From Macrostomum lignano (lineage: Eukaryota), in the NCBI GenBank assembly GCA_002269645.1, contig NIVC01001651.1:124001-188000 (forward strand): a DNA stretch of 64,000 nucleotides, read 5' to 3'. Under the pieces are notes generated by a model. It saw nothing but the letters and a program-made list of their open reading frames with translations. It searched no databases and was not told the origin of the DNA. Shown piece by piece: positions 1 to 29,225 of the stretch. The number at the start of each line of letters is the position of its first letter. The first letter of the stretch is position 1. The position numbers were made by a program, and so were the translations under genes.

Positions 1-17817
<17,817 letters not shown>

Positions 17818-18349
17818 GATCCCTTTTACTTGTGAGGCTGGAAAGTTTTTCTTGGAAAGTTCGGCAACCAGACTCTATTGGAAAGATTAAAATACCTTTC
17901 TTCAATTTTGGCACCATGTTTGTCCGGTTGTCAAAACAGCTAAACTTGAATTTAGCAAACAAAGCTATGTGGAAGATGAGCATATCTCTAAGAACTTTGT
18001 TCTGTTTAAACTAACTGTGCTCATACTACTGCCTTCTTCGAGCTGTGAGAACTGGCACTATAGCTAGCCTAATGTAGGTGCTTCAAATGGCAAAGGTGCT
18101 GAGAGTGAAGCAAATATAAAACTACTGTTATGTTTGCTCAAACGACACCGTCATGGCGACTACTTCTCAAATAGAAGCTGTTAGCACTTGCAGACTTTCC
18201 CGGGAAACGCTTTATGTATACCTTTTTTCAACTTCGAGTTCATCAAAAGGGACTTAAAAATTTAACTAATTGAGTAAAATTCGTTAACACAGACCCTCAG
18301 ACAATTTTTTGAAACACCGATTACTGGTAAAAATCTGCAAACCGGTGGT

Positions 18350-19080
18350 TTTCTTTTAGTCGAATTTCACGAACCACCGTTGAATTTCTAGAATGCATTT
18401 TTCTTGGAGTTGCTTCGATCGTCGCGACACCTCCCGACCAAGCTGTGACCATTCGTACACACGGTTTCCGTTGTCTCTCAGAGTGTCCGGCTTGAAGGCG
18501 CTGGCTGGAGTTTCGGATGCACAACGGTCGACGACACGTTGACTTACTGAATGGACAGCGCTGTCCCCCACCGATGATTGGCGCTATTGAAGCTGGTCGT
18601 AGTGCCGCCAACAGGTTTGGGAACTACCTTCATTGACGCTGCGTCTACCATGTCGTTTTGTAACTGCAGTCGGCACCCAGCAGCCCTCGTTCTCCCGGTG
18701 CGGTCCATAGTACTCCGCTGGACTTGAGCGACCTCTTGCCGAATCCTGGGGACTTTAGCGAGATGTGCAGGTGAGAGCTTGTCGGATGTAAGCACGGTTA
18801 CTGTGAGTAGGCGTCGGTGAGGAACAAACAGTTGATACACAGGAAAGCGACTGCATGGTACAAGTGTAGGCTTCTCAGGCATCATCCACGGGTGAAAAGC
18901 AGCCTTTGGCGGATGATTCTGATAATCTGCGCAGCTGTGACATCGATGTTGCTGTCAATATTTGGCCAGTGGATTGCGCACCGCGCCAGCTGACTTCATT
19001 TTGCATGCCGAAGTGTCCGAAATTTTAGTTTAGGATCTTACAAGCCTTATTGTCAGTGCGGCCGCTTTTTCGACAAGGTT
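18350..19080 (-). mobile_element. Degenerate Gypsy-like integrase fragment
   Basis: Frameshifted minus-strand translation gives GHFGMQ..MK and IHWPNIDSNID, like the integrase HxGxxxMK..WWPxIDxDIE zinc-binding region. YQLFVPHRRLLTVT resembles the PAQLxxGRRLRT C-terminal motif. Confidence 0.5.
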
Positions 19081-19199
19081 CAGGAAGGGTGAGTAAGGTG
19101 GAAGGAATCTGTGAGTGTGGCAGTCACTTATATCTGTAGCATTCAGATGAGCACGGGTGCCATCAGACAGAAGCATGAAGTTTCCTTCTGAATGCTTGT

Positions 19200-19700
19200 T
19201 TCTGAAGCATCTTTAATCAGAGTGTAGTGCACGAGCCCTGCAGCTGTTGCGAGATGACAAGGCAGATGGTAAGATTTTGGCCTCGCTGAACATTCACCAC
19301 CGTCGCTGCTGGTGTCCCTATGGGAGCACGACCCTGAGTTCTAGCCGTCCAAGAGTTCATGCTGAACTCGTCTACGTACAGAAGATGTTTTGGCTACCCT
19401 CGTCTAGAAGCTGCTGCAGTGTATTCTGGGACATTACTTTGCAACGAGCGCGGGAAGCTCTAGTGATATCAACTGGCCATCCAGAACACGACTAATGGCA
19501 CTGAGACTGATGTTGAAGTCATCATTGTTGGCTTAAAGCAGGTGCGATCTCATCTTCCACACAGCTTCGGTGAGTCACAGTGCCTTCACTCCTCCCTTCC
19601 GTAGGGTGTGCGTGCTTCCGGTCTCTTCGCACGTGGACACGACGTTTCGGACCGACAGTTTTGCGAAATTTGCGTGGCGCTGAAGTCAAAAAACATGGTA
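19200..19700 (-). mobile_element. Degenerate Tc1/IS630-type DDE transposase fragment
   Basis: Minus-strand translation gives ETGSTHTLRKGG, SAISRVLDGQLISL and LLYVDEFSMNSWTARTQGRAPIGTPAATVVNVQRGQNLTICLVIS (first catalytic D in the YVDE motif), with stops and frameshifts. Confidence 0.65.
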
Positions 19701-20109
19701 GACTAGCTTAAGGCCAGTAGGACCACCAAGAAACAGGGTCGCCCATCAGTATTAGAGCCTTGTGCACTTCTTATGCATTTAGAGGTTTATTCAGACTGAT
19801 TTATGATATTTCGTATACTACGAGTAATAAAATATGTGCAGTATATGTAGCCAAATGTGCTGTATAAAATAAATACAACAACGAATCATTGATATTGACC
19901 GATAGCAAGTTTATGAATGCATAATTATCCGAATAAAAAGCTCAGTAGCGGTTTTTTTATTTCTAGATTATTTATTATTTTTATTGAGTCAACGTATTGA
20001 AAAAAGTATTTTGCTTCGTGTTAAAAATAGTCGAGCCTCAAAAAAGAATTTTGTCATTAGTTGTCATGAACTTTACCCATGAATTACTCTTGAATAATAA
20101 ATTAAAAAT

Positions 20110-21198
20110 TTATTTTGTGCCAGTGGTAGCCGTCTTCTGATCCACCGGTTTCCTGCATTTTACCGTCTCCAATAGAAGCCGACGGAACCTGGCATTCTTC
20201 CACACCAGCAGGATCCAGTTGGTGGACTGGCCAATTATGATCATTGATATGCCGATGTCGTGAATTCCCCACAACACGGTGCCTATTTCTGAATCGTATT
20301 CGCCAAATAGCAGAGATAGAACGTACTCGCTGGTTCGGGCAAAGAAAGTCAGCGAGGCAGACAGAAGCAGACAGGCCGACAGAGCGAGGCAGATCACTGT
20401 GTTTACTAGCCCGTCATCAGATTCCTTAGCAGAGCCCAGCCTCTTTCTATTGGCGGTGATCTCCCGTACCTTGTGAATCAGGAAGCAGTTCTCAATGAAA
20501 ATAACCGTCAGTAAAAGGGCCGGTGGGTAGTAAAGCAAAGCCGAATAGTAGTACAGAACGGTGTGTTGCCATGGTAACATTTCGAGCATGCTGTAGTAAC
20601 AGACTATGTAGCTCTCATAAATTATCCAGTGAAAGATAAAGGCGATGGGAAGGGTGACAACCATACAGGCCAGGATCACTAATAACCCGGCCTTCATCGC
20701 AGCCTTTCCGCTGATGCTCTGAAATTTGAACGGAAAGTACAGGCTTAGAGTCCTGTCAGTCACCATTAGCAGAAACACTGCAGTCGATGTTAGGTGGCAC
20801 AGGTGCTCAAAATATTTCGCAAATCTACACTGCACGTCTCCGTCGTTAAGATGTACATAACCGACGGATCCGTTGGTTAACCATGGCAAGCCCTTGGCCA
20901 AGAACATCCACATGAAGCCGTTCACGATGATGTTGCAGCTGTCTGTGACCGCAATTATGCTGATGTACACATTCTGTCGAGTCCACGGTTGTTTGACCAG
21001 GTTGATGTACACTATGAGAGCGTTGAACACGAGACCGGAGACAATGAAAACAGGCAGAACCAGGCCCGTGATGGCACCCAGGACGGTGTTGACAGTGCAA
21101 GTCGCCGTTCTGTTCGGGTCCCCACTTTGACAATCCGACACTATATAGTCGACAGAGTCCACAAAAATATAGTTGACAGCGCTTGACGCGTTACTCAT
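20110..21198 (-). CDS. Intronless rhodopsin-like (class A) GPCR, intact copy 1
   Basis: Open ORF from MSNASSAV with seven hydrophobic segments. TM1 Asn (GLVFN), TM2 Asp (IAVTD), TM3-start Cys (QCRF), DRY-like TDRTLSLYFP and ECL2 Cys (IVCY). Confidence 0.92.
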   Translation of the reverse strand: MSNASSAVNYIFVDSVDYIVSDCQSGDPNRTATCTVNTVLGAITGLVLPVFIVSGLVFNALIVYINLVKQPWTRQNVYISIIAVTDSCNIIVNGFMWMFLAKGLPWLTNGSVGYVHLNDGDVQCRFAKYFEHLCHLTSTAVFLLMVTDRTLSLYFPFKFQSISGKAAMKAGLLVILACMVVTLPIAFIFHWIIYESYIVCYYSMLEMLPWQHTVLYYYSALLYYPPALLLTVIFIENCFLIHKVREITANRKRLGSAKESDDGLVNTVICLALSACLLLSASLTFFARTSEYVLSLLFGEYDSEIGTVLWGIHDIGISMIIIGQSTNWILLVWKNARFRRLLLETVKCRKPVDQKTATTGTK

Positions 21199-21329
21199 GA
21201 CTACTTTGAGCAAGGATTAACAGGACTTGTGACACTTTCGCTCATCGGAAAATAAGATAGCAAAAGTCTTCAACTTGAAGCTCTAGTTGGTAGTCTGCTT
21301 ATCCAGCACTCGGCCCTGCAATTGAGAAC

Positions 21330-21530
21330 GTCAGTTTTATGGGTTTAAATAGGTTTATATGGGTTTTTTCATCGCCCCGAGCAGTAGCCCCGCCCAATTT
21401 TTGCGTGTCAATGGTGGTGCGTGCAACACTGGGCGATTTCCATTTGCGGCTTTTTGTTTTACATGTTCAGTTCAACAGTCTTAACTCTACAAAAGCTGAG
21501 TGGTTCGATGCTTTTAGCGGAAATTAACGA
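21330..21530 (-). promoter_or_regulatory. Conserved upstream module of GPCR copy 1 (ATTGG, GC box, TATTTAAA)
   Basis: Homologous blocks lie at 37285-37430 and 38770-38960, upstream of the other two copies. Confidence 0.55.
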
Positions 21531-23261
21531 AATTGGATGGCTCTCAAAGCATTTTACCGAATTCAGCTTCTGAGATAACTGAAGGGACAAAAGATGACTT
21601 AAATCGACGCCACCATACACCATTTTGACCGCGCCCTGCATTAACATTTCGATTGAGACATCAAGCTTTGAAATAGAGCTGTGCAGTCACGTGAAAGCGC
21701 TCTCCATCAAACAACCAACTTCAGATCTCAATTTCTGCTATCTCCAGGGCTGTGTGCTGCAGGAAGAAGGAGTTTGTTGTTTCAATGCATCATTGGGTCA
21801 ATCGATGTCCCAGCTAAGCGTCTTGTAACGTACAGTCCGGTGGGTCGATGCCAACCGGAGAGGCGGCTCAACGGCCTGGTGCTACCCACACTGTACTCGT
21901 ACATGCAGTAAGCACGAGAAGCTCTGAAGACGTGCCAGATGACGTCAAGGCTGCAATCAATAATTAAAAGATAATGTACACGGAAGTGCAGTTTCGCTTC
22001 AGAATGCATTTCAAGGAACGTCTGTCAGTTGTTTTCCTTGGAATGGTAGTGCTGAAAAATGCAGTTATTTCTGTCTAATATACAATACAATGCACATTTT
22101 TATCAAGCTATTTGTTCCATTTGTTCATGGACTGCTACCAGAAACCGGCAAGTAGGCAAAGTTCTGGCGAAAGTTCGTAAGCTGTTCTTGATGCTTAATG
22201 TGACTTTTTCAGACTGATTCTTTTCGAGCGAATTTGTCTATGGCGAAACCTCATTCATCTAGTCAGCTGCTCTCGTCTCTGTTTATTCTGCATGCTTTCT
22301 GTCACTCTCTGTCTAGTTCAGTCCTGTCTGGCCTTACAGCATTTAAATGAATAGCGAAATAATACAAAACTGTCGACATGAACGAGTAGCTAGCGAATTC
22401 AATCAGAACACACAAAGCTAGTTTGAACTGGAATTTACGAGACACCGGAGACCAGAAGGCAGATAACTCTACAAAGTCCCTTTTACAGCAGCTTCAAATG
22501 GCACTACTCAAACAAAAACTAATGTACTATGTAGAAATTTCCAATCCAGAATCAAAACGCACCCTGCCATAGATAAGAATAGCAAACCATAAACTGGCCT
22601 GCGAAGCAATGAGGACTGCGAGACCAGAGATCCCTTACGAAAATGGGACCTGCCCAAAGTGAATTTCACTTCCTGTTAAAGTGCTAGTTGGAACTTCAAT
22701 TGTGCTCCCCAGATAAATTTGAACAGGATATCTAGGATAAAGCACAGATACTATAGAACTAGATAGGTCACTCCCTATCTCGCTGTGGGGACCAAGAATG
22801 ATACTACTTTTAGGACGGTAGTGTAAATGCAAATTATAAGAAACATTCTTATCACTGACTAAAATGAAATCGATCGGAAATGAAGTTTTCAACCATCTGC
22901 ACAATCTTCTATGTACAGTGTACATTCTTGACTCAAGGACTACTTAAGTAGAAGGACGAAAGACTCAGAATTGGCGAAAATTTCATTGATGGCCCATTTT
23001 TCAATGTATCTCCTGTGCACGCTATTGATCGTAAGATGCTTATTTTGGCGCAGAATAGGCAGTAACATATGCCCTTTCATTTAAGACATCAATAAGTTTA
23101 ACAATTCGGACTTGAAACACCTCAAAATACTTGTCAACAGTACAGTCCTATATACTAAAAAATCATCTAAAATTGCTGATTTTATTGTCAAAAAACAAGA
23201 AAAAACATCAAAAGAGACGAAACTGCAAACTGGCAAGGTAGCAGAAACAGGAAGAAAGACG

Positions 23262-23922
23262 ACCTAGCAGGCGACGACATCATTGGTGGCGTCCAATTCG
23301 TCGCCGAATTCTTAGTCGAGGGCGTCCAGATCCGCGGTTGATGCTCCAGGGTCGGCTTTTGTGATCTGACAACATTGAGCGGCGACGATGGCAGTGCCAG
23401 CTGCTGCTCGCGGGCGCGTTTGGCCACCGGCGGCGTCCGCGGTGACGACAATCGGGGTTGGAAGTCGTCGCCATCGTCGCCGAATAGTTCTCGTTTAATT
23501 CTGCTGCTGCTAATCGGCTGGCCCGGTGTCTTTGTCACTGTCCGGGACCACGCTCGCAGTGATCATAACATCATTGTCGTCGTCGGCCGCCGCCGGGCCA
23601 ATAGAGCCGGGTCGCAGCGAGTCGGTCACTAGCAAAGATGCTCTCTTCTGCTGCTGCTGCTTTTGGTGGTGCTGCTTCTGCCTCTCGGGCAATTCAGCAG
23701 CAGCTTCGGCAGCAGCAGCTTTGGCAGCTTCAGCTTCGGCAGCGGCAATCAGATCGTCAGCGTCAATCTCGTCGTATTCGAAAAGATTGACGGCAGCCGC
23801 AGCATGCTCGCTTGCAACCTCACAGCTTAGCTGCTCCTCCAGAGCTGCCTGCCGCTCGCTTCCTCACACGCCTTGATCAAGTCATCGACATCTTCGGTAT
23901 CTTCGACATCGTAGTTGTCCAT
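23262..23922 (-). pseudogene. Frameshifted acidic/Ala-Gln-rich coding relic, unknown family
   Basis: GC-rich codon-like sequence from ATG 23922 (MDNYDVEDTEDVDDLIKACEE) continues through several frame changes and stops (...IKRELFGDDGDDFQPRLSSPRTPPVAKR...). Confidence 0.4.
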
Positions 23923-24469
23923 GTCGCACCAAATATTTAATTTTTTAATAGGAAAGTGCACTGAAAGAACTGAAACAGCAACAGCAGCAACTAAAGCGTT
24001 GTCTTAGATGCTTTACCATGCAGAGCCACAGAATATTCTGTGGCTTTACCAGAGCACACGTTTGCAAAATTGATTTTTTTTGGCTATTTTTCACTACTGA
24101 TGGCTGGTCCTAAGAGTAGTGTGAGAGCAAATTAACCGAGTGACCTATCTAGTTATATTGTATCTGTGGGATAAAGTTTTGAATTCAAAAAGCTTACTGC
24201 AGAGGATAATGTATTTTACCTAATGACTCAATAAGACAGAGACATAATGGGAATTCTAGCAAAATTTATGAAAGACACGACACAAGCAAGAGTTCAACTG
24301 CCCTGAAGCTTTATATTGGTACAGACAACTCTGTTTGCGTGCAATTTTTTCAAATCCTGTTATGTAGAAAGAAAATAAAAAAATGCGAAAATCGGCACCC
24401 TCTTGGTGTGCGCATTCAATAGTAAGATGAATAATAATAATAAATTAATTATAATAATTATATTCTTAT

Positions 24470-25225
24470 CTCTCTCTTCAATCTTCAATCTCGCTCTTCA
24501 ATCTCGCCTCTCCCCTCAGTCGCGCACTCCACTCCTCCTTTTTAGCTCGTATTTCTTTCCCTTACTGCCTTCTGATTGGCTCTTCAATCTCGCCTCTTTC
24601 CTCAGTCGCGCACTCCACCCCCTTTTTAGCTCGTATTTCATTCCCTTACTGCTTTCTGATTGGCTCTTCAATCTCGCCTCTTTCCTCAGTCGCACACTCC
24701 ACCCCTTCTTTTTTAGTTCGTATTTCATTCCTTATGCCTTCTGATTGGCTCTTCATCTCGCCTCTGTCCTCAGTCGCGCACTCCACCCCTCCTTTTTAGC
24801 TCGTATTTCTTTCCCTTACTGCCTTCTGATTGCTCTTCAATCTCGCCTTTGCCCTCAAACGCGCACTCCACCCCTCCTTTTAGCTCGTATTTCATTCCCT
24901 TACTGCCTTCTGATTGGCTCTTCAATCTCGCCTCTGTCCTCAGTCGCGCACTCACCCCTCCTTTTAGCTCGTATTTCATTCCCTTACTGCCTTCTGATTG
25001 GCTCTTCAATCTCGCTCTGTCCTCAGTCGCGCACTCCACCCCTCATTTTTAGCTCGTATTTCATTCCCTTACTGCCTTCTGATTGGCTCTTCAATCTCGC
25101 CTCTGTCCTCAGTCGCGCACTCCACCCCTCCTTTTAGCTCGTATTTCATTCCCCTACTGCCTTCTGATTGGCTTCAATCTCGCCTCTGTCTCAGTCGCGC
25201 ATGTCACCCCTCTTTTTCTTTCTGC
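24470..25225. repeat. ~85-bp pyrimidine-rich tandem repeat, about 9 copies
   Basis: Unit CTCTTCAATCTCGCCTCTGTCCTCAGTCGCGCACTCCACCCC...CTGCCTTCTGATTGG. Confidence 0.9.
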
Positions 25226-25771
25226 ACTAAGACCCCTAATAACTGAGTGTGTTGTGTTGGCTTGCGCCACACTCACAACTGCATCAAATGAGCCATCAAA
25301 TCACGCGTCCAATTAAAAAAGGAACCAAATTTAGTGCAGTATAATTTGATGTGATCACACAATATCTGGCCTTCTTTCATGACGTGTGTAAAGAGGCTTT
25401 ACTGTTTTTTATTTCCAATAGTTTAATGGTATAATATATTTCTCTAGAGTCTACTAGCCATAGTGACGCTCGTATAAGTTTACAACCCCAGGTTCTATCG
25501 TTCTAATGATCGCCATGGCCAAGGAGTGGGCGACTGAGATTCGCACAGGAAATCACCCTTTGCTACTTCTGGGAAGCAGAGAGGGCAACAGCTGCTGCAT
25601 ATTGCTAGCATAGCACAGGCCTGACTTTTCTTGTTTCATTTATACTGCTAAGAGGTTTCTGCTGCGCCCTCTTGCTTCTTAACATTTCCCGTTTCTTCCA
25701 ATTTTTCTTGTGCTTTCACTCAAGAAACCTGTTGGTTTCTTTGTCTCCACTCGACGAAGAAATCCGGCGCG

Positions 25772-25918
25772 ATGGCCTCGCCAGCTCGAGTAAGCGCTCA
25801 CAGGGCCCAGATACAGCAGGTGGTGTCCTACATCACCCTAAACAATGTCACCATCGACGGCGGCGCGGGTACAATGAGATCCAACGAGATTAACTTGAAG
25901 CTGCCACAGCAGCCTTAT

Positions 25919-25952
<34 letters not shown>

Positions 25953-26441
25953 TGTTGAGCATCTCTACGGGAGCTCCACCTGTGTTGGGTTTCAATATGT
26001 CCGATTCGAATGCAACAGGATACGTGACTGCTAGTGAGTATCGTCTTTGCTTGCTGTAGCTGAATACCTGTTAGACACACAGGAGATTCTACATGCTGAT
26101 GGACGACTGTTTACCTGTTAGTCACACAGGTGATTCTACATGCTGTTAGATTGGCTGCCTACCCACAACCTACCTGCACCCCGTGCCAGCGATCCTTTCA
26201 AATCGAACTCAGCTTCCCGATAACTTCTCAACTCCCACGCAGGCAGCAGTCAGCTGAGCAATGACTTGATGTACCTGTGGCTTGGTGTGTTCCTGGCTAT
26301 CCGCTGCTGCTTGGCCTGCTGCTCTTCTGCCTGTGCGTCAATCGGAAAGATGACGAGGCGAATAAATCGTTGATTGACAGGGACAGCGAGAGCGGCTTGA
26401 GCAGCGAGGTTGAGAAGTCGAATGATCCAATCAACGAGTAG
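25772..26441 (+). pseudogene. 3' exons of a single-pass membrane protein with a 1-nt frameshift in the TM segment
   Basis: An exon ending at 26033 (donor GTGAGT; VVSYITLNNVT..polyQ..NMSDSNATGYVTA) joins in phase to an exon starting at 26243 (SSQLSNDLMYLWLGVFLAI). A frameshift near 26301 is needed to read LLLGLLLFCLCVNRK..DPINE* (TAG 26439-26441). The 5' end is not resolved. Confidence 0.55.
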
Positions 26442-26504
26442 TGTGTCAGATACGTCCCACGACTGCTTACTGATTATTTATTCAGTCTAAATGAAGGTAT
26501 ATAA

Positions 26505-26700
26505 AAATGTAGAAATCTGTCAGATACCCAGGTAGAAATCTGTGAGATACCCAGGTAGAAATCTGTGAGATACCCAGGTAGAAATCTGTGAGATACCCAG
26601 GTAGAAATCTGTGCGACACCCAGGTATAAACCTGTGAGATATCCAGGTAAAATATGTGGGACACCCAAGTAAAACAACAAAATCCAAGGTAAAAACCGTG
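26505..26700. repeat. 23-bp minisatellite (GTAGAAATCTGTGAGATACCCAG)
   Basis: About eight copies, degenerating rightward. Confidence 0.9.
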
Positions 26701-28235
26701 AGATACTCAAAGTAAGAAATGATGCAGATTATGAAAACAAAAAATTATAGTTTTCTATTCCTAGAAACAACTGACCCAATGCTATTTTTCTTAATCATTA
26801 ATTCTCATTGCTACATTTTTCTTCCAAAGGTTATAGATGTATCTCAACTTTGTTTTAATACGCTGAATTTAATTTTTTGCTTGACATTAATTTATCTAAA
26901 ACTGAAGATTTTCAATCATTTCTATTGACTATTGTATGCTGCGCCACTTGTACAATTCAAGTACATGTTGCATACTCGTACAAGGTACAACTCTGGTTTT
27001 GGTATAACATCTGCCGTCTGTGCTTATTATAAGCTTAATTTGATGTGCTCATTTCAATGCTATTGTTTATCATGATTATAAAAATACGGCTACATGTAAT
27101 TATAATTGAGAGTACGAATGCATACTCCAAGTTCGCACCACACACCGCATCTATTACAAAAAACCTGATTAATAATGGACACTCAAACAGAAGCTTCGAC
27201 TTTCTTTTGCTGGAGAAGCGCTGTCCTCGAGTCTCGTCTGGAGATCACAGTTCTGACTCGTACTGGACTGTCCTCTGATGGACAGTTAAATTATATCGCT
27301 ACACTCGTTTTCCTTAGAAATGAGCTGGTCAAAAAAACAATCAGTCTAGTAAAAGACACACTACAGAGATCGTAAAGACACTACAGAAAGAATTAAAATT
27401 TGCGCAACCTACTTGTTGTGAACTTAAATTTTCAAAAATTATCAATTGTCTTCATTATCAGGTGGATAGTCTCAGGTGGATAGTCTAGGTTGCTAATTGA
27501 TGAAAAATCAAAAGCATTTCATGAAGCAGTCTTCATGAGAAGATCGAAAATGATGGCTAGCTGCTCGTGTCGCACGCGAGCAACTTTGCCGCTTTCAATT
27601 CCTATATCTATGGCCAAGCTTGGCAGTGGAGCAAAATTCTCAGGCACAACACCCTCCTTGTGTGCCGGGGTGCATCTGCACTGCTTTACCATCTCGGGCT
27701 TGCAGTCCGTGCGCCAGTCACTGCACTTTCTCCCTTCAGTTGTTTACGCGCCACCCACCCCACTGCCTGCCTGGGCCAGCCGGCTTTGGCTGGCTGCCCA
27801 CCCCTCCCAGCGCGTCCCCTGCCTGTGACCACCCCACAGCCCGCGATTGGCTAATGGCCTTCCCCATGCTAGTATTTTTTCTTGCGGCGATGGGCACTAC
27901 AACCCCATCGCGATCTTGCCAGCAAGTGTTTTTTTGACTAGCTGGGCCTGGGCCTGGGGAAGCAATTTACCCCAGGGCTTAGCCGGCTAGCACAAATACT
28001 AGTATATATGTTGGCGTGTGCGGCGGCATGGGAAGTCACCTCCGTACCGACCTAGGCTCAGCGTACTATTGTCTTATTGAACCAGTGAAAATCAGTCTGT
28101 ACTTCAAGACGTTCTCCTCTACCAGAGTGGAGATACCTCCCCTACCGCCGTTACTGCCACTGCTGTATTGAAGTTCAAAGAGTGAGTCGCGTGTCTTATT
28201 TATTTGCGGGCCTGGCCAGGTTTGTGACCAAGTCT

Positions 28236-29072
28236 CTAGACGCGATCCCACGCTCGGAGTCCGAAGTCAGTCCGGCCAGCTGACTGACGCCACCTCCGTG
28301 TTTGTCCGCTGGAAGAGCTAGAGTTACGATCCGGCCTATCACAACGCTTGCGATTGTAGTTGAGGTAGCCAAGGACGTCAGTCAGGAGACCATCAGTGCT
28401 TTCAGCAGCCGTCGGCAGTTCTTCCTTGATCAGCTTTCGCAGGATGATCGAGTTGGCCGCGATCCGCTGACCAGCAGAGATACTGGACAGCTTTGGCTCC
28501 TGTTTTCTTAATATGAAAGAACCATTCTCAATTGTGGCCATCAACTGCTCCTGACTGGCTGAGCTGGGTCCTCTGGCTAGTTTGATGTGGTCTCTGATCA
28601 GATGCAACTTGCGAGTCGGAGCCTGGCAATTAGCGGCCTGAAGCTGAACCGCCTCCCTCATCCCAGATTCAAGAACCTCGGGCAACTGCAGACCGGCATG
28701 CACGATTTGCTCACCTGATGATGATGCTGGCTAAGGCTGAGCCGTCAAGCGCTGCTGAGTGTGAAGCTGTTGCTGAAGATCCCGATAACGGCCTTCCAGG
28801 ACTTGCAGTTCGAGCAGCTCCACTTCCTGTCGCAGCGCCGCAAGCCGGTCGCTCCCCGCCCCAAGAGGACAATGGCCCGCGCTGCCGTCCTCGGCGTCCG
28901 GAGCAGAAGAAGTAATCTCGGAGTTGTTGAACTCTTCGTCAGCTTGCTCTAAGCCGTGTGCAGTGGACAAGCGCTTGGCGAGCTGTTCTTTGCGGCCCGT
29001 AGTAGGCAGGCCTCTGTTTCGCAGCTAAGCCTTGAGTTGGCGCACGTTTAGTCGCTTTGCGCTGGCACTCAT
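28236..29072 (-). mobile_element. SAP-domain gag-like ORF relic, DIRS/Ngaro-like
   Basis: A single frame from ATG 29072 with two in-frame TAG stops. The N-terminus LNVRQLKA*LRNRGLPTTGRKEQLAKRL matches the SAP consensus, followed by a coiled coil. The C-terminal IAANSIILRKLI..GYLNY..K.CD...WRQ resembles DIRS-type gag. Confidence 0.55.
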
Positions 29073-29225
29073 GACGGCGGCTGAGCAAAAATTGAAAAAT
29101 GGCGGCGGAGACAAGACGGGCCGAGTGAAGGGGCTTGAATCTAGACGGCGCGGCCAACAACTCACACTTTAACCTCCACCAGAGTACAGCGGCACCCCCC
29201 CCCCAGCGCGTCTGAACCACCTTAT

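Noticed and set aside
20244-21186. Antisense and alternative-frame ORFs over the GPCRs (also 32275-32559 and 39146-40226)
   Set aside because: Shadows of the GC-rich coding strand; their conservation between copies follows from the duplication.
27490-27940. Tyrosine recombinase partner for the DIRS-like gag
   Set aside because: Only a vague AFxxYI-like word, on the opposite strand, with no RHR/Y motifs.
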